Shown here piece after piece: positions 8,875 through 16,356 of a stretch of DNA of 64,000 nucleotides. The notes beneath the pieces were generated by a model. The model was not told the DNA's origin and made no database searches. It saw only the letters and a list, made by a program, of their open reading frames with translations. A program made the position numbers and the translations under genes. Position 1 is the stretch's first letter; each line of letters opens with the position of its first letter. Source of the stretch: a virus (Duplodnaviria; Heunggongvirae; Uroviricota; Caudoviricetes); IMG/VR virus record IMGVR_UViG_3300042558_002764, positions 42,906 to 106,905 of that record; one strand, 5' to 3'.

Positions 8875-11294
8875 TGAAAAAACCTAATTACGATAATGCT
8901 TTAACTCTTTTGTTTGAAAATAAAGAAAGCAATGAATTAGAATACAACATACTTACCCTTGAGGGTGAAGACTTATATAGAGAACTAGCTTTTATTTTAA
9001 CAGAACTTTCATTAATTGATAGGAATAGTGGTAAAAAAATTATTTCTGAAGGTGAAAGAAGATTAATGGAAGAAAGTTTCATGTCTAGTTTAAGAGATTC
9101 ATGGAAAAATTTATGGGGAACTGCTAATAAACAAGCTCAACAAAATACAGGGAAAAATTTAACAGCACAACAACAACAAGCAATACAACAATCTCAAAAA
9201 GCTGTAGCTGATGCTACTCAAATATGTATCGAAAGAAAAGAAGCTGATTGGGAAGTTTATGGTACCGATAAAACCGACAAGAGTGAGGAAGCTAAAAAGG
9301 TTTGGATGCAGAAACAAATTAAATCTTGTGTTGAGGAAGTTCTTAGAGGTAGTAAAGGACAATCTATTATTGGTAAATTGGGAGATTTTTTACGTGATAC
9401 TGTAGTTGGTAAAGTTTTAGTTGGTGTTATTGCTATAGGTGCTATGGCTTATGTAACAGGAGCTATTGGTTCACATACTAAAACTACTACAAAACAAGTT
9501 GATGACGGTAATGTAGATGTTTCTGATAGTGTAGTTAAAAACGCTTCTGATAGTACTTTAGATAATCAAGTACATGTTAAGGTTAATCCTGATGGTGGTA
9601 TAGTTAAAGTTAAGGTTGGTTCCGATGGTAGTACCGTTGGTGTAATAGAAAGGGACCACGGAGTTACCGATTTAAAACCTGACCAAGTACAACAAGTTGC
9701 TGACAATATTATTAAAACAATAAAAGATGTTAACAAAGACCCAGACTTAGGTGGGAAACAAGTTAAATCTATCACATTAAAATTCCATTCTGATAAATCT
9801 AATACTGATGGTAATGCTGATTCTGACAATGATGGTGTTCCTGACAGTAATGATTGTAAGGGAGGACCTTGTGCTGAAACACATAATCAGAAAACTATTG
9901 ACTCTGTTTTGAAATTAGTAAAACAAGGTTTAGAAAAAGATGGTATTACAACAAAAGTTAAAGTTAAATCAGAAATTGGTGGTTTAGCTAAAGACCAAGT
10001 AAGTAAAAATAGTACTGACGCGAAAGCGGAACAAGGAACTACTGTAAGTGTCGATGGTATAGATGCCCCTATTAAAACTGTTAAAGATACTAGTTTTCAA
10101 CAAGGACCTTATGGACCATTAGTGGATAACCCACCAGCACCAGTTCCTAAAGCTTGTTATTTAGTTTTAAATGGTAAAAAAGTTACTTTAGGTAATGGTG
10201 ATTACATTTATTTCTACGGTAAGTTAGTAAATAAAAAAATACAAACAAAAAAAGACGGTCAGACATTTGAAGGTATGATTATTAAAGGTAGTGAAGCTGC
10301 TGGAGATACTGATTATGATTTAAAAGTATTGGGTGGATTCACACTTGAGGAAAATGCTTCTGGAATAAATAAAGGTAGATATCTATCTGTACAAGTTAAT
10401 AAACCTGAAGGTATTAAAGGTATGTATTTAATTGCATGTGGTACTGAAGGTGAAGGTGGTCAAGGTGGAGAAGACGTTGGCAGAGGTGAGGACAAACCTA
10501 TTAAAGGTGGTGATGAACCAATACAAGGTGACGAACCAATTGTAGAACCTATGGTACCAACTGATTTCTTACAAGGTAACAGAAATATGCAATTAGCTTA
10601 TTTGGCTAGTAACTTCTTACCTGAAGGAAAAGATTTTTGGTCAAACATGTACATTAAAAAAGGAACAGTAATCCCTAGTGGGTTTTTAGATGCCGCTCTA
10701 AACCAAGGTAAATATGACCCTGAAAAATATTTAACAGCTTTTTATAATAAACTTAAAAAAGATAATTCACTTACTAGAGATATTAATCTTGGTGCGTGGT
10801 TAGCTAAAGTACGTAGTACAGAAAATTTAGGTTTAATAAAATGGGTTAGGAATACAAGAAAAGGTATTGGTAGTTTTATTAAAAATTTACAAAAATCATT
10901 CCCTGAGTTTGGTATTGGTAAAAGACAAAAAGCTAAATCTGTTAGACCAGGTGCTGAAGGACAAGCTATGGGATTGGCAGGTGAATCTTTAAATGGTAGA
11001 GTTGATTTAATTAATGAATTAAGTGGTTCCGCTGAACAAGCTGGTTTTGACCAAAATCAGTTTATGAAAAATTTACCACAATTTATGGCTATGTTAAGTG
11101 CAATGTATTACAGCGTTGGGGGTACTAAATTACCGTACGACAAGGAAGCTGTATTACAAAAATGTAAAAAATATGGATGTAAAACAGGTGGTGGTACCAA
11201 ATATAAGAAAACAAAGTCAGATGACTATAAATTTTTAGAATCTAATTCACCTTTAAAAGAAGAATTAAATAGAATAAAAAAGTTGATGAAATAA
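8874..11294 (+). CDS. Large hypothetical protein with one predicted TM segment; possible virion/ejection protein
   Basis: 806 aa; TM-like VVGKVLVGVIAIGAMAYVTGAIG; DSDNDGVPD Ca-binding-like motif; shares a domain with 14577..16349. Confidence 0.8.
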   Translation: MKKPNYDNALTLLFENKESNELEYNILTLEGEDLYRELAFILTELSLIDRNSGKKIISEGERRLMEESFMSSLRDSWKNLWGTANKQAQQNTGKNLTAQQQQAIQQSQKAVADATQICIERKEADWEVYGTDKTDKSEEAKKVWMQKQIKSCVEEVLRGSKGQSIIGKLGDFLRDTVVGKVLVGVIAIGAMAYVTGAIGSHTKTTTKQVDDGNVDVSDSVVKNASDSTLDNQVHVKVNPDGGIVKVKVGSDGSTVGVIERDHGVTDLKPDQVQQVADNIIKTIKDVNKDPDLGGKQVKSITLKFHSDKSNTDGNADSDNDGVPDSNDCKGGPCAETHNQKTIDSVLKLVKQGLEKDGITTKVKVKSEIGGLAKDQVSKNSTDAKAEQGTTVSVDGIDAPIKTVKDTSFQQGPYGPLVDNPPAPVPKACYLVLNGKKVTLGNGDYIYFYGKLVNKKIQTKKDGQTFEGMIIKGSEAAGDTDYDLKVLGGFTLEENASGINKGRYLSVQVNKPEGIKGMYLIACGTEGEGGQGGEDVGRGEDKPIKGGDEPIQGDEPIVEPMVPTDFLQGNRNMQLAYLASNFLPEGKDFWSNMYIKKGTVIPSGFLDAALNQGKYDPEKYLTAFYNKLKKDNSLTRDINLGAWLAKVRSTENLGLIKWVRNTRKGIGSFIKNLQKSFPEFGIGKRQKAKSVRPGAEGQAMGLAGESLNGRVDLINELSGSAEQAGFDQNQFMKNLPQFMAMLSAMYYSVGGTKLPYDKEAVLQKCKKYGCKTGGGTKYKKTKSDDYKFLESNSPLKEELNRIKKLMK

Positions 11295-11359
11295 AAATAA
11301 AATATTTTATCAGCATATTTATAATTAAACATAACAAAAAATTAAAAAAAAATTAAACT

Positions 11360-11848
11360 ATGGCAGATTTGTTAATGAGAATGCCTGTTCCTTACGAACC
11401 AAAGAAAAAGAATAGGTTTATATTTAGATTCCCTACACCATTGGGTATCCAAGAATGGTTTGTATCAACAGGTGCTAGACCGACTTATACAGCAGAAGAA
11501 ACTGAGATTCAATTCTTAAATACTTCTACTTTTGTAATTGGTAGATTTACTTGGGAAACAATCGATGTTACTTTCCGTGACCCAATCGGTCCTTCAGCTA
11601 CTCAAGCACTTATGGAGTGGGTTCGCCTTCACTCTGAATCTGTTACAGGTAGACAAGGTTACGCAGCTGGTTACAAGAAAGATGTAGAGTTGGAGTTGTT
11701 AGACCCAACAGGAGTTGTTATCGAAAAGTGGATTCTACAAGGTACAATGATTACTTCAGCTAACTTTGGTGATTTGGATTACTCTTCATCAGATATCGCT
11801 GATATCTCTGTTACTTTAAGATTTGACAGAGCAATTAGTGTATTCTGA
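11360..11848 (+). CDS. Tail tube protein (T4 gp19-like)
   Basis: YEPKKKNRF, GRFTWETIDVTFRD, LELLDPTGVVIEKWILQG, FGDLDYSS, VTLRFDRA; 162 aa, downstream of sheath. Confidence 0.9.
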   Translation: MADLLMRMPVPYEPKKKNRFIFRFPTPLGIQEWFVSTGARPTYTAEETEIQFLNTSTFVIGRFTWETIDVTFRDPIGPSATQALMEWVRLHSESVTGRQGYAAGYKKDVELELLDPTGVVIEKWILQGTMITSANFGDLDYSSSDIADISVTLRFDRAISVF

Positions 11849-11871
11849 TATTTCTTTATTGAACATAAATT

Positions 11872-11910
11872 ATACCCCTTTTATAAATTTTTATATGAAA
11901 GGGGTATTTT
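11872..11910. terminator. Bidirectional terminator between tube gene and oxygenase
   Basis: ATACCCCTTT...AAAGGGGTAT stem followed by TTTT. Confidence 0.75.
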
Positions 11911-12359
11911 TATTTACTTATTATCCTAAAACCAATTAATTTTTTATTAAAAGTATTATCTCCTACTAAAAAATTTTGACTTTTATGATATAAACCTATA
12001 TTGAATATTACTAAACGGTTTAATTTATTTTCAACTAATTGTTCATCAGCACCATCAAAGAAAATAGTACCTCCATTTGGTACTTCATTTAAATAAATAA
12101 ACATTTTATATTTTTCATTACGTATTTTTTTATCTAAATGTTTATTTACCGGTTCTGAGTTATTTGTCTTTGTTACATTATTATATAGACCAATCCAATC
12201 AGAATTTATATTTTGTATTTTTTCTTTATTTTCTTCCCAAAAATTATTAACAAAATTTTTATCACCAATAATACCTTGTCCATAAAAATTATCAATGTAG
12301 TCTTGGCAAGTTTTTAAAACTTCATCAGATAAAAAATTGTCTATATAAATAACGTCCAT
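11910..12359 (-). CDS. 2OG-Fe(II) oxygenase (prolyl-hydroxylase-like)
   Basis: HxD (KHLD), FIYLNEVPNGGTIF, NRLVIF, distal His (LYHK) and Arg (IGFR). Confidence 0.8.
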   Translation of the reverse strand: MDVIYIDNFLSDEVLKTCQDYIDNFYGQGIIGDKNFVNNFWEENKEKIQNINSDWIGLYNNVTKTNNSEPVNKHLDKKIRNEKYKMFIYLNEVPNGGTIFFDGADEQLVENKLNRLVIFNIGLYHKSQNFLVGDNTFNKKLIGFRIISK

Positions 12360-12379
12360 ATTTATAAATATTTAATGAT

Positions 12380-12412
12380 AAAAAAAAAGACCCTTTTGGG
12401 TCCCTTTTTTTT
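12380..12412 (-). terminator. Terminator after peptidase gene
   Basis: Minus strand reads GACCC-AAAA-GGGTC followed by a T run. Confidence 0.65.
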
Positions 12413-13427
12413 AATAATCATATCTGAAATACTCTTCATTATCTGTTCCGTAATTTACGATTGAATAACCTCCATTAAATTCATCATAATCCCATAGGTC
12501 AGAAAAATCTTCATCATCCTTGTAATGATAATCTAAGTCATTGTCATCATTATCCTCATCGTAAAACAAGTCTTCTTTTTCTGTTAGAATAGTTTTAGTA
12601 TTTTCTTTCTTCACAGGAGCCCAAGAAGTTGATACGTAACTAACAATTGGGTCTTCAACTCTTTCGTAGAAGTTTTCACCAAGAGTTTTATGAAGTTTAA
12701 GACCTAATTCAAAACCATTTTGAACCTCGTCAATAACAACATACTCATTTGCTGTGTGGTAACGGTGATAACCTGCTGCCAAGTTCAAACACGAGAAACC
12801 AAACTTCTCCATCAAAGGCCAAATATCAGTATAAGGGTGACGTTCCCAATGTGTGATACCGTGTTCAGTGATAAGACCACCTACTTTTGAGCCAAATTCA
12901 GATTTTTTACCAAAAAGTTGTTTACCCATAAGTGTCATACTCATTGAGTCTCCTTCAGGTGAATCATACTGAATAGCGTAACCAACATTTTTAAAGAACT
13001 CAGGGTCAGCTTGGCGTGAACCAACACAACCTACTTCTTCCGATACAAAGAATGCTGCTTTAACGTTGTCCAATGTATCCAACATTTCAAGACAAAGATA
13101 AACACCACACTTATCATCACCACCAATACCGGATGGTTTCATAGTTTCTTTATCGATACCAGTAAGAATAACTCTACCGTTTTCTTCTAATTGAACTACT
13201 TTAAAGTTTGGGTTAACTTTGTGGACAGTATCCGTGTGTGATACAAAACAAGGGTACCATTCAGCTTTACCTTTAGTAACATAGATATTACCGATTTTAT
13301 CTGTGTAATGCTCAAAACCTTTTTCTGTCAAGACATTTTGTAAGTAAGTAATCATCAACTCCTCATCACCTGAGTATGTAGGTACTGATAATACTTCTTT
13401 TAATCTTTGTAATTTTCTATCTTCCAT
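12411..13427 (-). CDS. M20/M28-clan Zn metallopeptidase
   Basis: VSHTDTVH, GIGGDDKCG, SEEVGCVGS, YHRYHTANE metal and catalytic motifs. Confidence 0.85.
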   Translation of the reverse strand: MEDRKLQRLKEVLSVPTYSGDEELMITYLQNVLTEKGFEHYTDKIGNIYVTKGKAEWYPCFVSHTDTVHKVNPNFKVVQLEENGRVILTGIDKETMKPSGIGGDDKCGVYLCLEMLDTLDNVKAAFFVSEEVGCVGSRQADPEFFKNVGYAIQYDSPEGDSMSMTLMGKQLFGKKSEFGSKVGGLITEHGITHWERHPYTDIWPLMEKFGFSCLNLAAGYHRYHTANEYVVIDEVQNGFELGLKLHKTLGENFYERVEDPIVSYVSTSWAPVKKENTKTILTEKEDLFYDEDNDDNDLDYHYKDDEDFSDLWDYDEFNGGYSIVNYGTDNEEYFRYDY

Positions 13428-13449
13428 AGTGTGTTTTTTAATTATAAAG

Positions 13450-13480
13450 CAAATATACGTTATGTTTTTACTTTGGCAAA
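13450..13480 (-). promoter_or_regulatory. Consensus Bacteroidota primary-sigma promoter TTTG-N19-TATATTTG
   Basis: Exact -33 TTTG (13480-13477), 19-nt spacer and -7 TAnnTTTG (13457-13450), 22 nt before the peptidase ATG. Confidence 0.75.
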
Positions 13481-13605
13481 ATTTTTGTTGAAAAAAAATT
13501 AAAACTTTTTCTATTTATAGAGAAATGAATAAATCTTTACTTTGTTAATAAAGGGTTTAAGATTAAAATATAAAATAATATAAAATATAAAAAAAAGTTT
13601 TTAAA

Positions 13606-14367
13606 ATGTCAAATCAAGAAAACGAATTTAATTTTGATGCTCCATTCGATGTACTAGAGTTACCATCAAAAGGATTATTGTACCCAGGTAGACCATCTAC
13701 GGTTAGGGTAGAATATCTTACTGCTTCCGATGAGAATATTTTAACTTCACCAAACTTAATTAAAAGTGGTAAAGTTTTAGATATTCTTCTACAAAAGAAA
13801 ATTAAAAGTACAGAAATCTCTTTAGACCAAATGTTAGTTGGTGATAGAAACTCCATTATGATTTGGTTAAGAGCCACAGGATATGGTGAAATGTATCCAG
13901 TTAAAATGATGGACCCTGAAACAGGTGATGAATTTGAAACAGAAATTGATTTGTCTGCTTTAGGTACAAAAGAATTAACTGCTGAACCAGATGAAAATGG
14001 TGAGTTTGACTTTTTCTTACCTAGAAGTAAAAAGAAAATTAAATTTAAATTGTTAACTGTTTCTGATGAATCTTCTATCAGTAAAAAAACAGACCAAAGA
14101 AACAAAGCAACAAAATCTTTAATTAGTAACGCTTTAACATATAGATTACAGGCACAAATTAAAGAAATTGACGGTAACAGAGACCCTGCTTTCCTTGCTA
14201 AGTTTATTGAAGTTATGCCAGCTTTTGATTCTCTAAAGTTTAGAGAATATTCAGACGAAATTGAGCCAGGAATAGAACTGGAGGTGGACGTGGAGGGACC
14301 ATCTGGTCCATTTCGTAGTCCCTTTAACATTGGACTCAACTTTTTTTGGCCTAACGCTAGAGTATAG
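13606..14367 (+). CDS. Baseplate hub assembly/tail assembly chaperone (T4 gp26-like)
   Basis: LELPSKGLLY, VEYLTASDENIL, LVGDRNSIMIWLR, ends IGLNFFWP; lies between tube and tape measure genes. Confidence 0.8.
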   Translation: MSNQENEFNFDAPFDVLELPSKGLLYPGRPSTVRVEYLTASDENILTSPNLIKSGKVLDILLQKKIKSTEISLDQMLVGDRNSIMIWLRATGYGEMYPVKMMDPETGDEFETEIDLSALGTKELTAEPDENGEFDFFLPRSKKKIKFKLLTVSDESSISKKTDQRNKATKSLISNALTYRLQAQIKEIDGNRDPAFLAKFIEVMPAFDSLKFREYSDEIEPGIELEVDVEGPSGPFRSPFNIGLNFFWPNARV

Positions 14368-14536
14368 AAAAAACCTAATAGAGGTAATCTATTATATGGT
14401 TAAACATATGCGTTTTAGTTATTCAGAAATTTTAAAAATGCCTGTTTGGGAAAGGAGAATCTATGTTGACCTTTGGCAAAAAGAAATGGAAGAACAACAA
14501 AAACAGTATAAAAATGCTCAAAGCAAAAAAAGATAA
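14330..14536 (+). CDS. gp51-like/chaperone C-terminal segment, possibly expressed by frameshift from the upstream gene
   Basis: KHMRFSYSEILKMPVWERRIY resembles the gp51 signature; overlaps the upstream gene across a T7 run; only a TTG or an internal ATG start. Confidence 0.7.
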   Translation: MDSTFFGLTLEYRKNLIEVIYYMVKHMRFSYSEILKMPVWERRIYVDLWQKEMEEQQKQYKNAQSKKR

Positions 14537-14576
14537 AACAAAATTAAGGCATATTTATCAATAAAAAGAAATCAAA

Positions 14577-16349
14577 ATGCCTAGAAGTATAAAAGAAATA
14601 CTTGAAGATTATAAACAAGAGGTAAATTCAGGCTCAAAAGGCCTGAATTTTAGTGCATATAAAAATGAAATGATTACCGAAAAAAGAGTAAAGGTACCTG
14701 GTATTGAAAAAAACGTTGCTACAAGTGCTGGTGAAGGGTACTCAAACATGGATGTTGTTAAACAAAATCTAAGGTCTTTAGGTTTTGACGTTGATGATTT
14801 GGGTAAACAAAAAACTGTTGCTCAATTAATGGCAGCACCTTTTGGTTTTAAATTTTCACTTCTTTGGCCTAAAGAAAATAAATGGGGTGAAAAAAGTTAT
14901 GTTACTCTATCAATAAATGATAAAGCAGTAGAAGCCGATAGAATTGATACTAGAGCAAAAGTTTCTAACCCAAATAGTAATGGTAAATTAATATTAGAAA
15001 CAAAATTAGGTCCGGCAATTATTTTTATAGACCCTAAAGAAATAGAAAGAACTTTAGGTGGTGATGCCGGTAAGTTACCACCAGGTAAAAAAGGTGAAAA
15101 CTATAAAAGAATGTTAGAAGAAGGTGTTACTTATAAAGTACAAGTAGATTCAGACGTTATTTTATCAGGAGAAGGTAATGAAGAAACAGAGGGGGAGGAA
15201 ACAGAAAAAGAAATTCCAATTCCAGAAGAAATCGCTTCAGGTAAAAATAGAAATGAAATTTTTAGATTATTACTAAAAGGTTTTGGTAAATACGATGGAG
15301 CTGTTGTTTATGGTGATGGTTTTAAAGACCCTGAAATGGCTAAAGAATATTCTAAACTACAAAGAGAAGTACAAAAGGGTAATGCTAGTAAAGAAGATTT
15401 AAAAGAGTTTAGGGAAAAGTCTGGTAGGGATTCTTACAGTATGATGGTTTCTAATTTAAGAAAGTCATTTCCAAATAACTTTTTAAAAAACTTATCAAAA
15501 GTTTTCCCTGAATTTAATATTCAATTTACAAAACAAAATGTCGAAGAAAATTATACTTTATCTGAAGATGAAAAAAACAAAGACAAATATAAAAGATGGA
15601 ATTTAGTTTTTCCTGGTAAAGTTGTGGGGGGTCAGACCTTAGACAATTTAGATAAGAACGTTAGAGAATTTATGGTGGCAGTTAAAAAATGGTTTGCTGT
15701 ACCTGTAAAGGGGCCTGATGGTAAAAAACGTTCTTATAGTATTTCTTATGATGAAGACAAGGTAAATCAGTACTGGAATAATTTTTACGGTACTAAAACT
15801 GAATCTAAGTTAACACTTTCAAATATTTTAATGGAAATGTTAAAAGAAGAAGATGATACAAATGGTGGTAAAACAGTTAAACCCGATTATCTTTTATTAA
15901 AAATATTACCTGGTGGATTACAAACTATTGATGAAGGTCAAGAAGACGTTGAATCTCGTGAGGTGGGGGGTTCAAAAGGTTCTAAAAAACAACTTATTGA
16001 TGCTGTTTTAGTTGAAGCGTCAGCTTTCTTTAAAGAAGGGGAGGACGGTAAAATAAATCAAAATGATTTAAATGTATTACCTGGTTATTCTAACGATAAA
16101 ACTTATAGTGATAAAAAAGGTAAGTCCAATTTAAACATCGAATACACTAAGGACGGTAAAGTAACTAAAGGTGTTATAACCATTAAAAATAATACTAAAT
16201 TAACTAATTTATTAACAGAAGTTATTAGGGGTGGTGATATGAAAATCAAAAAATCTAAAACAGATAGTAAATTTATTATCTTATATTATCCTTCACAAAC
16301 AGAAGTTTCAAATAAAATTAATAACACTTGGAGTGAAATTTTAAAATAA
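14577..16349 (+). CDS. Hypothetical protein between chaperone and tape measure genes
   Basis: 590 aa with own ATATTTAT motif (14551-14558); shares FLKNLSKVFPEF domain with 8874..11294. Confidence 0.8.
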   Translation: MPRSIKEILEDYKQEVNSGSKGLNFSAYKNEMITEKRVKVPGIEKNVATSAGEGYSNMDVVKQNLRSLGFDVDDLGKQKTVAQLMAAPFGFKFSLLWPKENKWGEKSYVTLSINDKAVEADRIDTRAKVSNPNSNGKLILETKLGPAIIFIDPKEIERTLGGDAGKLPPGKKGENYKRMLEEGVTYKVQVDSDVILSGEGNEETEGEETEKEIPIPEEIASGKNRNEIFRLLLKGFGKYDGAVVYGDGFKDPEMAKEYSKLQREVQKGNASKEDLKEFREKSGRDSYSMMVSNLRKSFPNNFLKNLSKVFPEFNIQFTKQNVEENYTLSEDEKNKDKYKRWNLVFPGKVVGGQTLDNLDKNVREFMVAVKKWFAVPVKGPDGKKRSYSISYDEDKVNQYWNNFYGTKTESKLTLSNILMEMLKEEDDTNGGKTVKPDYLLLKILPGGLQTIDEGQEDVESREVGGSKGSKKQLIDAVLVEASAFFKEGEDGKINQNDLNVLPGYSNDKTYSDKKGKSNLNIEYTKDGKVTKGVITIKNNTKLTNLLTEVIRGGDMKIKKSKTDSKFIILYYPSQTEVSNKINNTWSEILK

Positions 16350-16356
16350 GTTTTAA

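Noticed and set aside
13524-13575. Possible host-type promoter or mini-ORF upstream of the gp26-like gene
   Set aside because: Spacing and the -7 element match poorly, and the mini-ORF is only 7 codons.
13614-14339. 241-aa antisense ORF (also 18477..19145, 17625..18107, 22657..23190 and other nested ORFs)
   Set aside because: Shadow frames of well-supported genes; Ser/Leu/Pro-rich, no motifs, no promoter or leader.
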